Notes under the pieces: generated by a model
The model's input: only the letters and a program-made list of their open reading frames with translations
What the model was told of the DNA's origin: nothing
Databases searched by the model: none
Shown: positions 24,301 through 32,999 of the stretch, piece by piece
Position numbering within the stretch: the stretch's first letter is position 1
Layout of the letters: every line of letters starts with the position of its first letter
Position numbers and translations under genes: made by a program
From: a virus
Lineage: Duplodnaviria > Caudoviricetes
DNA length: 39,960 bases
Strand: one strand, 5' to 3'
IMG/VR virus record: IMGVR_UViG_3300018073_000011
Span: 1-39,960 of that record

Positions 24301-27300
24301 CGCGCAGCTCGGCGCGGATGACCAGCTCGCGCTCCGTGTTGGCGACGGCCTGCTGTGCGGCCTCGGGCAGGGTGCCGTCGAGCAGCAGGCTGCCATGCAG
24401 CGACAACATCCTGGTCTTGGTCTGTGTGTCGATGACGGCGTCCATCGGCGGCGCCTGCTCCATGGCCGTCAGCATCTGGTCGCCGCTCGTGAATCCGAAC
24501 ATGCCGGCGACGACGTCCGGGTCCATGCCGCCGTCGATCGAATACACGTAGGGATTCTTGGGCAGGCGTCGCAGGCGCTCCTCGCCGTAGCGCTCGACCA
24601 GGATGGCGCGCGACAGCTTCAGCGGTCGCGTTTCCAGCCCTTCGATTAGGGTCTGGCCGTTTGGATGCTCGCCCTTCTGGACGGCGGCCAGGACGCGGTA
24701 GACGGGCTGCTGCTGCTGTTCTTCGGTGACTTGCTGCCGGACGTCGGCTTCCTGTGCTTTCCAGGCCGCCGTCTGCTCTCGTCGGATTTCCGCCAGGAGT
24801 TTCCGATCGAGCTGCGCGCGTGCGGTCGCGGACGCGTCGGCGATCGTCTTGGTGTAGAGCGCGAACTCACTGGGCTCCATGCCGGCCTCGGCGGCCGTCA
24901 GAAACATCGGGGCGACGCCACGACGGGCTTCCGCGTCGGCGATGGCGCGGTCGCTGGCCAACAGGCGATCGAAGACGCGGCGCACTTCCGGCGATAGCTC
25001 GACGTTCAACCGGCGCAAGGTGCGATAGACGCCGGTCAGCCAGGCGCGGAACCGGGCGAACAGAGGCTGCAGCTCCAGGCTCGGCGCTTTGCCCTCGAAC
25101 AGATACGCCTCGAAGCTGCGCGCAAATTGCTCGTGCTGCTTGGTGCCGACGTCGGCTCGAGATTTCGCGCCGAACTCCTTCAGCGCCTGGTCGTAGTCGA
25201 CCAGGAGCTGCTGCTGCATGGGCGTGCGATCAGCCTCCGCAATCGCGCGGGCCTGGTCGGCGACGTCGGCGAATACCTCGAAAAAGAAATGTCCCGACTC
25301 GTGCAGGAACGTCGACAGGTCGGCGCGCTGGAGTAGCGAGATCGTAAACTGCCGGTCAGGGCCGAACCGGATGGCGCCGCGCACTTCCTTGACTTTGATG
25401 TTGCCGCCGCCTTGGAACAGAATGTTTGGCGTCGCCGGGTCGAACGTGCCGGCGTTGCCGATCGCGCTCTTGACCTGGCCAGGCTGGAACGCGATGTAGT
25501 GGACGGTTTCTTCGTCCATGCCTTCCATCGACTTACCGATCCGGCGCTGCGATCCGAACTTCTCGTCGACGGAGTGGTCGATAATGCCGTCGAATCCCGC
25601 GCGCTCGAATGCCTGGCGCACCAGCTCGGCGCCGTCGAACTCGCCGGTTTCGGGGTCCGACCGCGTCGAGAACCGCGCGTCCGCTTTCAGGATCTGCACG
25701 ATCTGCCTGGCGGTGATGCTCTCGTAGTCGGCCTGTTCAAATATTCGGTTCAGCGCAGGGATCGCATCCTCGTCGGCCAGCTCCTTCAGCGCCGTGGCGA
25801 ATTTCACCAGGGTGCCGGTCGGCTCCTCGTCGACGAACTCGCCTTCCTCGTCGATCTGTTGCTCCATCTCCAGGCGCGTCTCATTCGGGCCGCCGATGAT
25901 GACCGGGTTCTCAAACTTGAGGTAGACGGGCATCGTCAGGCCCAGATGCTGGACGAATCGTTCGCTGGACATCCGCTCGATGGCGTCGCCCTCACTGACC
26001 AGGTTGTGCCTCAGCATGTAGTCGGCGACACGCTTCTGCGTGTCCTCGTCATGCTCGTAATCCTGCAGCAGACGCTCGCGGTCCTGTTCCAGCTTCGCCG
26101 TCAGATCCGGTCCGATGCCGGCGTAGTTGGCGCCGACGTCGCGCGGGTTGTTGCTGAAGTAAATGCCCTTTCCGAAATCTGATTCGATGTTGCCGCGCTC
26201 GGTGTCGAACGTGTCGAAGCTGGCCGTGGTCCCGTGGTAGACGACCAGTGGATCGCCGTTCTCGTCGACGACCTGGCTGTCCCCGAACCAGGCTTTCAGG
26301 TTGGCACCGCGATCGTTGCGGGTGCCTTCCCGTCCTGGCAGCGACGGTTCCCGATACATGTGCGCGTAGAGCGACAGCGCGAAGTCTTTGTAGCGTCCCT
26401 TGTTCTCGACGAACCCGAACCGCTTGTAGAACTTCACCAGGCGGGCGCGCGACGTCGTGCCGAACGTGTCGTTCTTGTTGGCGAGCTGCAGCGTCAGCCG
26501 GCGGCCGTGCGCGTCGGCGAACCGCGTCAGCTCCTTCATCACCTTGCTGCCCAGGCCGGCACGTTGGGCGCCGCGCTCGACCACCAACAGATCCAGGTGC
26601 AGGTCGCCCTCGCGCGTTAGGTCGACGTTAAACTCGCGCAGGTCGCTGCCGACGCGCCGCTTGACGTCCTCCGTCCAGCGCTTCAGCAGATCGGGCGTCA
26701 GCTGCTCGGTCTGGAACAGCGTCGTTTGCTTCCCCTTGCGCGCGGCGACTTCCGACGTCAGGGCGAACGGCGCTTCAAATTCCGGCGTCGCAATCTCCGT
26801 CTCGCGCACGCTCTCGGCGCCTGGCAGCCGGGGCTGTAGCTCGCCCGTTTCGAGCACGTCCGTCTTCGCGCTCTGCGTCGTCAGCTCGTCGGCCGTGGCG
26901 TCGGGCGGCGTCAGATCATCGAACAGCGACTGGTCGAACTCCGCGATGTTGAACGACGTGTCGCCTTCGTCGCCCAGGTCGAGCATGTCGCTTTCTTCGG
27001 CCAGCAGGTTCACCGGGCGCCAGGTGTCCGTCCACCAGTCGCGCGTCGGGTCCATGTTGGCATCCGTCCACAGTTCGCCGTTGCCAGGGAAGTAGTCGGC
27101 CTCTGTCGGATGGCGAATGGCGTCGTCGATGGCGTCGATCAGGTTCGTCGCGTTCTCAATCCACTGAAACCTCTGGTCCTGTCGGAGCTGCGTGATCATG
27201 TCGTCGATCGACACGCCCGACTTCTGGAAGACTTTGGCGACGCCCGCGATCCGGCCGAACTTCGCGCCGTCCTGCAGGAACTTCACTTCGCCAGGGAACG

Positions 27301-30300
27301 TCGAGTCGACGGTGTTCAGGCCGCCGTAGCCGGCGATGGCGCGCAGCAGGTCGGTGGCGTTGTGACCGCTCTCGCGCTCATCCTGTAGGCGTGACTCCAG
27401 AGCGTCAACGCGGAAATCGAATTCCGCGCGCAGGTCTTGTTCGTCGACGTCTGGGACTAGTGAACGCGCGGCGTCGAGGAGGTCGGCGAAGGCGGCGTCG
27501 TAGTGCTTGATGCGGCGCTGGGCGCGTTGGGCTGGCTTTTCGCGCTCTCGCGGATAGCTTGCCGGAACGCCACGCTCACGGGCGCTCCTGAGTCGATCAG
27601 CGTATCCACTTTCTTCAGGTCCACCGGCATCTGGTGCTCCAGTCTCGACGGTTTCGGGTGTCGTGTCAACCGGCGTCGCTTCGAGCACGGGCTCCGGCGC
27701 TGTCGACAACTTCTCGGCCGCCAGCATGCGCTCGCGGATCTGGTCGCCGCTAAGGCGCTCGCCCGTGTCCGCCGGGGTTTCAGGGATCGGGATGCCCTGG
27801 GCGGCCAGGCCCTCAGCCGTGGCCGTCGACCGATCGCTCCGGCCGCCGACGATGTTGTAGAGGGGGCCGTCCGGACCATACGCCAGGAACGTCGCGCGGG
27901 CGCCGCCCGTGCCTGGCTTGATGCCCTCGCGAATCATCTGGACGGCAGCTTCGCCGACGTTCGACATGACGTCGATCGGCCGTTCGAGCTGCTGCCGGCG
28001 CTCAGCCTGGCCAGCCGGCGGACCCTGATCGGCCGCCCTTCGCTCAGACGGCACCAGCACGGGGCCTGCCTGGGCGCCTTCTCCGAGCTTCCGCCCTCCG
28101 GCGTCCGTTTGCTGGCTGACGTCAGTCGTCTCTCCTGCGGGCGCCTGAGCCGTCTCCTGGGCCTTTTCCGTCTGTATCAATTCCGGACGCTCGACCTTCA
28201 GGCCGTAGCGCTCGTAGAGTGCCACCGGGTCGACGCCCGCTCGTTCCGCGATCGTGCCAATGGCCGCCTCATACAGGCCGGCGTAGGCGTCGGCAGTCGA
28301 TGCCGGGATGCCGGCGTTCTTCAGTTGCGCCAGCATCGCCGTGCGGATGGGGGCGGCTGGGCTGACGTCCTTCGCCTCGGTCGCGTCGCCGACGGTCTTG
28401 AGCTGCTCGGCGAAGGCGTCCGCCTCGCGCACGTTCATTTCGTCCGGGCCGAGTCGCAGCTCGTTGGCGAAATACCCGTTGTGCTCGGTCGCCGCCAGCT
28501 TGACGGCATAGCGCGCCGTCGGGATGGCCAGGTCGCCGCCCGTGTTCATGGCGAGCTGATACGCGTCCGCGCGGCCGGTGACGTCCTTGGCGACTTCCTC
28601 CGGGTCCAGCCCCTTGCTCTGCCAGTAGGTGTTCCAGGTATCCATCGGGGCGTAGAGCGTGTCGAGCGGTCCGTTCTTGGTCGCCTCCGCGATAAACGCC
28701 TGGGCCGCCTCTGGCAACCGCTGTGCGGTCTTGCTGTTGGCGACGCCTTCGCCGAGTGCCTTAAAAAAAGTGGCATTGTGCTCGGCGCGTCTGGCGCGTT
28801 GCGCGCCGATGACGACGTCCATCGCGGGACCGGGCAGGACCGTCAGCGCGAAACCTTGGATGGCGCCCGCGAACTCGCCGACCAGGTCTTCCACGATTGA
28901 CGCGCCCGATCGGAACTTGCTTTTCTGATCGTATTTACCGGCGGCGTAGTCCTCGTGCAGTTGCTGCGCGTAGGCCGTGGCCGATGCCGGCGAGTCGAAT
29001 TTGCCGAGATGCTTGCCGGTCTGCTGATACTCGGCTATCGCTTCCTCGGGCGATTTCAGGTGTCGGCCGTCGGGCGTGACGGTCGGCAGCAGCACCTCCT
29101 TGCCGTCGATGTTGACGCTGAGACTATCGACCGTCGACGTCGTGCCGTCCGGGTTCGTGACCTTGGGTTGCTTGAACAGGTCGACGTTGCCGCGCTCCTC
29201 CTGGCCGGGGACTTGGCCGACCATGCCGCTGGCCTTCGCCAGCTCGCCGCTGAGGATGGTGATGGCGCGCTGCGCGACTTCGGTCGCCGCCTCCGTGCCG
29301 AGCGTGCCGCCGTAGCTCTTGACCGCCTCGAACAGGGCCGCGCGCACGGTCGGCACCCTGAGCGCCTGGCCGACGGCGGCCTTGACGCCGACGCTTCCGA
29401 GTTGCCGGATACCGGGGATCGACTTGATCAACTTCTCCAGGGCGACCAGCTCGATGCCGCCGTTGATGGCGCCCGTGGCCAGGGCGGCGGCCTTGGCGAC
29501 GGCGGGGTCCAGTGGCTGGCCGTGCTCGTCCTTGAAGCTCAGATACTCGTCGTAGGCTAGGCCGGCCTCCAGCTGCGCGGTGGTCTTCCAACCGCCGTAA
29601 AGCATGCCGGCGCTGAATCCGTAGCCGGCGCCACTGACCGCGCCTGCGACCGTGCCGGCGCCTGGCAGGATGCTGCCGGCGACCGCGCCCGCTGCGCCGG
29701 TTTCGAGCGCGCCCGCGATGCCGTATTTGATGCCGTAGAGTCCGGCGCCGAACAGGTTGGGCAGTTGCTGCGACGCACCCGTGACCGCGCCGGCAAACCA
29801 GGACCGGCCGCCCGTGCCGAGCGCGCCGCCGTTCTCCATGCCGTGCTTGTAGGAGTTGAGCAGATCCTGCTCACCTTGCGTCAGGTCGCGGAACAGGGAT
29901 TCGCTGCGCAGCTGGCCGTAGCGGAACTGGTTGACGCCCTGGGCGAATGCACGCTGCGGCGCTGTGACCAACCACTCCAGCGCGCCGAGCTGCTCCATGT
30001 CGTCGTGGCTGACGGCGGCGTTCTGTGGGTTCGATGCCCACTCGCCGAGCGCTGGCGTTTCGCGCAACACCGATTCCACCGGGGGCATCGTGGTCGCCGC
30101 GCGCTTCTTGATGGTGTCGAAGTTGCGCAGCACGACGGCCGGCGGCAGGCCGAACTGTTCGCCGAGCGTGCGCGCCTCGGCCGCGCGATCGGGGGATTCC
30201 GGCGCCGCCTGCTGCAGGGTCGTGCGCAGCTTCTGCTGGCTGCCGGACGTGAGCGCCCTGACAGTGTCGTCGAACTCATTCGGCTGCGTCGGCTTCTGTG

Positions 30301-30349
30301 CCGTCGGCGCCAGTTGCTCGACTGTCTCGTCAAACTCGTTGAGCGCCAC
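21365..30349 (-). CDS. Large polyvalent internal virion / DNA-ejection protein (2994 aa)
   Basis: LPD22-like N-terminus (NAAVSHDD); GNVDL...STV...LLPTV...TGKHLG domain (~28945-29192); GNAT (QRAGLGSKVM...LVKFYKRFGF, ~26345-26640); ART-PolyVal-like (WFGDSQVVDENGDPLVVYHGT...GIYFS...GFDGII...QVKSAIGNAGTFD, ~25410-26300); STFLHESGH (~25290); helical C-terminus like podoviral ejection proteins. Confidence 0.88.
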   Translation of the reverse strand: MALNEFDETVEQLAPTAQKPTQPNEFDDTVRALTSGSQQKLRTTLQQAAPESPDRAAEARTLGEQFGLPPAVVLRNFDTIKKRAATTMPPVESVLRETPALGEWASNPQNAAVSHDDMEQLGALEWLVTAPQRAFAQGVNQFRYGQLRSESLFRDLTQGEQDLLNSYKHGMENGGALGTGGRSWFAGAVTGASQQLPNLFGAGLYGIKYGIAGALETGAAGAVAGSILPGAGTVAGAVSGAGYGFSAGMLYGGWKTTAQLEAGLAYDEYLSFKDEHGQPLDPAVAKAAALATGAINGGIELVALEKLIKSIPGIRQLGSVGVKAAVGQALRVPTVRAALFEAVKSYGGTLGTEAATEVAQRAITILSGELAKASGMVGQVPGQEERGNVDLFKQPKVTNPDGTTSTVDSLSVNIDGKEVLLPTVTPDGRHLKSPEEAIAEYQQTGKHLGKFDSPASATAYAQQLHEDYAAGKYDQKSKFRSGASIVEDLVGEFAGAIQGFALTVLPGPAMDVVIGAQRARRAEHNATFFKALGEGVANSKTAQRLPEAAQAFIAEATKNGPLDTLYAPMDTWNTYWQSKGLDPEEVAKDVTGRADAYQLAMNTGGDLAIPTARYAVKLAATEHNGYFANELRLGPDEMNVREADAFAEQLKTVGDATEAKDVSPAAPIRTAMLAQLKNAGIPASTADAYAGLYEAAIGTIAERAGVDPVALYERYGLKVERPELIQTEKAQETAQAPAGETTDVSQQTDAGGRKLGEGAQAGPVLVPSERRAADQGPPAGQAERRQQLERPIDVMSNVGEAAVQMIREGIKPGTGGARATFLAYGPDGPLYNIVGGRSDRSTATAEGLAAQGIPIPETPADTGERLSGDQIRERMLAAEKLSTAPEPVLEATPVDTTPETVETGAPDAGGPEESGYADRLRSARERGVPASYPREREKPAQRAQRRIKHYDAAFADLLDAARSLVPDVDEQDLRAEFDFRVDALESRLQDERESGHNATDLLRAIAGYGGLNTVDSTFPGEVKFLQDGAKFGRIAGVAKVFQKSGVSIDDMITQLRQDQRFQWIENATNLIDAIDDAIRHPTEADYFPGNGELWTDANMDPTRDWWTDTWRPVNLLAEESDMLDLGDEGDTSFNIAEFDQSLFDDLTPPDATADELTTQSAKTDVLETGELQPRLPGAESVRETEIATPEFEAPFALTSEVAARKGKQTTLFQTEQLTPDLLKRWTEDVKRRVGSDLREFNVDLTREGDLHLDLLVVERGAQRAGLGSKVMKELTRFADAHGRRLTLQLANKNDTFGTTSRARLVKFYKRFGFVENKGRYKDFALSLYAHMYREPSLPGREGTRNDRGANLKAWFGDSQVVDENGDPLVVYHGTTASFDTFDTERGNIESDFGKGIYFSNNPRDVGANYAGIGPDLTAKLEQDRERLLQDYEHDEDTQKRVADYMLRHNLVSEGDAIERMSSERFVQHLGLTMPVYLKFENPVIIGGPNETRLEMEQQIDEEGEFVDEEPTGTLVKFATALKELADEDAIPALNRIFEQADYESITARQIVQILKADARFSTRSDPETGEFDGAELVRQAFERAGFDGIIDHSVDEKFGSQRRIGKSMEGMDEETVHYIAFQPGQVKSAIGNAGTFDPATPNILFQGGGNIKVKEVRGAIRFGPDRQFTISLLQRADLSTFLHESGHFFFEVFADVADQARAIAEADRTPMQQQLLVDYDQALKEFGAKSRADVGTKQHEQFARSFEAYLFEGKAPSLELQPLFARFRAWLTGVYRTLRRLNVELSPEVRRVFDRLLASDRAIADAEARRGVAPMFLTAAEAGMEPSEFALYTKTIADASATARAQLDRKLLAEIRREQTAAWKAQEADVRQQVTEEQQQQPVYRVLAAVQKGEHPNGQTLIEGLETRPLKLSRAILVERYGEERLRRLPKNPYVYSIDGGMDPDVVAGMFGFTSGDQMLTAMEQAPPMDAVIDTQTKTRMLSLHGSLLLDGTLPEAAQQAVANTERELVIRAELRALAKKRRELDPFIRHQQRSSQEAIDQAQREREYERRWFDAEHKLAMAIAIGRKQVEIDELDRDVKDLRAKARGGAAYIRAAIPPADTLKAAAAARISVLPVRDITPQRFWSASRRAGQQALDRAARQDLDGAIVAKQQELINLHMYRAAEDVVDEVRDGVDYALNLTSKTRRATIGLAGQNYLDQIDGLLDRFGFAQASDQVKNRRPELRKFVEGIESTGQAVELPEELLDESRRRDYKDMTVPEFTGVIDGLKAIVHLAQTKNRLLKAAERAELDATATTIADSIYANKGTEPRALERDRRQSTERGRTIDSIFAGHRKMASLARQMDGYQDGGAFTTAIIRPLNEAGAREAEMNADAAKKFGELVEAAYPRGSKRELYLKTFVPAIGDSLSKMERIVIALNWGNEGGRDRIRRSEQWSDEQVQAVLNTLDDRDATFVQGVIDYINSYWAEIKAKQERVYGIAPEKVEASPFMINDREMAGGYYTLKYDDRMSAKVGSQLDLEASNLARQASYVQATTKRGWTNERLKTVKEPIRRDFGVMFEHVKAVIHDLSHHEALIDVGRILGHPAVQRAIYDAHGDIVYKQFKTGIRDVAFGDIPATNAFESALNHVRTGATIAGLGWSLTTSLLQPIGLTQSAVRIGPKWVVAGMVRWLRGTESMESTAEWINRKSPLMRTRTITQQREINEIRNTLGVGTGKFSGIVDDVLGKLTVDTVTKQGIADSYFYLITQMQRIADIPTWLGQYEKSMAADFSEADAIAHADQAVLDAQGGGQNKDLAAIQRGGPLLKVWTNFYSFFNVTYNLTVESTKRANLKDPASIGRLAVDYLLLYTVPATLGYLVREGLKGNVDPDNPEETMLGLIREHASYMMGTVLGLRELAGVVQGYYGYEGPAGARAFSAAGKLVQQSIQAAKKVAEGDYDEAFDEAFWKSLNATAGILFHYPASQFQRTVQGIAAIAEGKTRNPGVLIGGVPKEQKK
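27457..27630 (-). CDS. Nested 57-aa ORF in an alternative frame of the polyvalent gene
   Basis: MPVDLKKVDTLIDSGAPVSVAFRQAIRESAKSQPNAPSAASSTTTPPSPTSSTPRVH; GGAG 6 nt before the ATG; promoter immediately upstream. Confidence 0.55.
   Translation of the reverse strand: MPVDLKKVDTLIDSGAPVSVAFRQAIRESAKSQPNAPSAASSTTTPPSPTSSTPRVH
27641..27669 (-). promoter_or_regulatory. Internal sigma70-type promoter inside the polyvalent gene
   Basis: GCCGG-TTGACA-17 nt-GAGACT, same architecture as the intergenic promoters at 18952, 14458 and 7448. Confidence 0.6.
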
Positions 30350-30350
30350 G

Positions 30351-32075
30351 TCAGCGCTTCTTCCGGGCGGTGTGTTCGATCCAGACGTTCAGGACGGTTT
30401 CGTCGGTGACGCGCTGGCCGTTCGCGCGCAGGCTCGATTCGATCAGCTTCCGCTTGTCGTCGGGCACGTCGGCGATCGTTTGCTCGATGACTTTCTTGTT
30501 CTGGTCGAAGAACGGCTTCCCGCCTGGAAAGACGTTCCACCAGGACCCTTTGACATCGACGCTCGTCGACAGCAGGTCGTCGGCAATCGCTTGGATGTCG
30601 TCGTTAGTCGGCTTCTCCTTGCCGAGCGCGGACACGCGCATGTCGAGCATCCGATAGAACTGCGCGACGGCCTTCGCCTCGGCGGTCCCTTCCTTGGGCG
30701 TCGGGTCGATGCCGAACGACGTCAGGGAGTTGTTGGCAATCTGCTGATGCGTGCGGAACGATCCGGTGGCCTTGTCGGCCGCGTTGCGGTCGCCGGCCTT
30801 GATGCGGAGCTGTAGGTCGGCGAGCTGCTTGAACTCCCCGTCGTCGAGCTTCGCACGATACGCCAGCAGGTTCTCCTTGACGAATGCGGCGGGGTCGTCG
30901 CCGGCCTTCGACATTAACCCGTAGTAGGTCGGGTAGTCGGTTTCGATCGGCAGCCCCTTCGCCCGCTGCAGCGCATACGCTCGGAGCTGCGGCATGTGCG
31001 TGGCCAGGGCGACCTGGTCGGCCGGCGAGATGCCGTCGACGCTCTTGGTCCGGTCGACGATGCTGTAGGCGTTATTGAGCTTCGCCTGCTCGGCCTCCTG
31101 CTGGACGCGGTCGTTGACGGCGTCCTCGTGCTCGATGCGCTGCATGACGGCGTCGCGGACGGTCGGGTCGTCGATGGCCTTCGCCTTCGTGCGCTGCTCG
31201 GTCAGCGTGCCGCCGGCTGCGATGATGGCGTCCGCCTGTTTCTGCGCTTCGGCCTTCGTCTTGCCGGCCTCCAGGGCCTTCTCGATGCGGGCGACGGCCG
31301 GCCCGGTGATCTGTGATTTCGTTTCCTCGAAATAGACCTGCGCTGTTTTCGTCTGGTCCTCGGCCAGCAGTTGCTCGATGACGCCCTCATGCGTTTTCGT
31401 CTGGACGGCGCTGATTTGCTCGGCGACCTGTTCGGGGCCGAGTCCGAGTCGCGGCGCGTGCGTCTTGATGGCATCGACCGCGCGGCCGAGTTCCATGCCG
31501 ACGCGCGCCGGGTCCGACGCGTTGGCGATGGCGTTGCCGGTCGCGTTCGTGATGGTGGCCTGCAGCTCTTGGCCCTCGTAGCGCTGAATCTCGCCGGACA
31601 CATGGCGCTGCAGGACCATGTCGAGCGCCGCGCCGCGCTGTTGCTTCAGCTTGGCGAACATGAACCGCTGCTGGTCGTTGCCCAGCCCCTCGGCGATCTT
31701 GCCGGTGACGTCTTCAAATTCTTTGGCGACGGCCTCGGGCAGGCCCATCGCGCTTTTGCCGCGTTGGTTCAGCGCGCCCGTCTCTGGATCATACAGCCGG
31801 GGATGTTCCCACGCGTCGAGCCCATTCTGCGCGCCGAGCAGGGCGATCTCATTGGCGCGGTCCTTCTCCTGCTTCTGGACGATGCGCGCCTGGCGATACG
31901 TCTCGCGGGCGACGCCGCTGATGGTTTCGCCGACTCTGGCCAGTGACTCGAACTTGTTCCCTCGCGCCTGTTCCAGGCCGACGCCTTCCGAGAGGTTCGT
32001 CTCGGCCGACTGCTTACGCACGCCTGGCAGCGCGTCGGTGCCGACCTTGCTCGGGCCGTAGGTGACAACGGGCAT
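30351..32075 (-). CDS. Internal virion / ejection protein (gp15-like position)
   Basis: 574-aa all-helical, A/Q/E/K-rich protein between the small and large internal proteins. Confidence 0.75.
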   Translation of the reverse strand: MPVVTYGPSKVGTDALPGVRKQSAETNLSEGVGLEQARGNKFESLARVGETISGVARETYRQARIVQKQEKDRANEIALLGAQNGLDAWEHPRLYDPETGALNQRGKSAMGLPEAVAKEFEDVTGKIAEGLGNDQQRFMFAKLKQQRGAALDMVLQRHVSGEIQRYEGQELQATITNATGNAIANASDPARVGMELGRAVDAIKTHAPRLGLGPEQVAEQISAVQTKTHEGVIEQLLAEDQTKTAQVYFEETKSQITGPAVARIEKALEAGKTKAEAQKQADAIIAAGGTLTEQRTKAKAIDDPTVRDAVMQRIEHEDAVNDRVQQEAEQAKLNNAYSIVDRTKSVDGISPADQVALATHMPQLRAYALQRAKGLPIETDYPTYYGLMSKAGDDPAAFVKENLLAYRAKLDDGEFKQLADLQLRIKAGDRNAADKATGSFRTHQQIANNSLTSFGIDPTPKEGTAEAKAVAQFYRMLDMRVSALGKEKPTNDDIQAIADDLLSTSVDVKGSWWNVFPGGKPFFDQNKKVIEQTIADVPDDKRKLIESSLRANGQRVTDETVLNVWIEHTARKKR

Positions 32076-32657
32076 TTACCCACCCATCCGTGAGGCTTTG
32101 TCGAACCCGTATTTCATCTGCAGCAGCGACGCGGTGCCGCCGATCAGGCTACTGGTAGCGGCCAGGTTGGCGGCGCTCTGATTCTGCCGGCCGGCCGCTT
32201 CGAGGTAGACGCCTTCCTTCCTGGCAATCTCCGCGCGCTTGTGCAGATCCTGCGCCTGCACGTTGTAGCCCCAGGCTTCGCGCGCCGCGTTGTTGCGGAT
32301 CTTGTAGGCGTCCAGCTCGCCCAGGAACGCGCTGTCCGCTTGGACGTCAACCGGCGATCCGAACCCGACGTCGACGTTCTGCGCCGCGAACCCCGCGCGC
32401 TGTGCGCCGATGGTGCCTCGGATGGTCGTGCGGAACCGGCTTTCGCTTTCGGCGCCGCGCTCGATGGCGTCCTTGGCCTGCAGCTCGGCGACGCTGGCGT
32501 TGAAATCCGCGAGCTGCGCCTGGCTCTCGCTGGACTTCTTCGCCTGCTGGCCGGCCGCTTTCGCGGCGTCGCCCGCCTTCTTCTGGCCGTAGACCTGCGT
32601 CGCCGTGCCGACGCCGGCCATGATGAGCGAAATCGCCGTGAGTGTGAGTCCGGCCAC
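32076..32657 (-). CDS. Internal virion protein (T7 gp14-like)
   Basis: Hydrophobic G/A N-terminus; QAKDAIERG, GAQRAGFAAQNVDVGFGSPVDV, IRNNAAREAWGY. Confidence 0.85.
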   Translation of the reverse strand: MAGLTLTAISLIMAGVGTATQVYGQKKAGDAAKAAGQQAKKSSESQAQLADFNASVAELQAKDAIERGAESESRFRTTIRGTIGAQRAGFAAQNVDVGFGSPVDVQADSAFLGELDAYKIRNNAAREAWGYNVQAQDLHKRAEIARKEGVYLEAAGRQNQSAANLAATSSLIGGTASLLQMKYGFDKASRMGG

Positions 32658-32663
32658 TGGGAC

Positions 32664-32999
32664 CTACTTGTAAAGCGCGCCCGCCGCGTCCGACGCCTTC
32701 GCGCCTTCCGCTTCGAGACACATGTCGGTGATCTGCAGCGTGACCGACTGATTCGGGTCGCCGCCTTTGTATTCACTCGACGATACGCTGCACACTTCGA
32801 CCTTGGCGACCAGGACCATGGAGCTGCCGACGCTCAGGTCGCCGGCCTCCAGGCCCAACTTCTCCATGCTCTCGTTGTCCAGGCTGACCGACAGCCCGTA
32901 GGGATACATCGGTCCCTCGGTCGCGATCGACTTCTCGGAGTAGCGCGACTCGCGCTCGGCCTTCGAGATTTTCATGGACGTCAGCTTCGTGTCAGCCAT
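32664..32999 (-). CDS. Capsid staple/cement protein (epsilon15 gp10-like)
   Basis: YPYGLSVSLDNESMEKLGL...VGSSMVLVAKVEV...VTLQITDM...AAGALY. Confidence 0.8.
   Translation of the reverse strand: MADTKLTSMKISKAERESRYSEKSIATEGPMYPYGLSVSLDNESMEKLGLEAGDLSVGSSMVLVAKVEVCSVSSSEYKGGDPNQSVTLQITDMCLEAEGAKASDAAGALYK

Noticed and set aside
28080-28185. Second possible internal expression signal in the polyvalent gene linker (TTGATA, AGGAG)
   Set aside because: No matching -10 at 17 nt and no start codon at the proper distance from the AGGAG.
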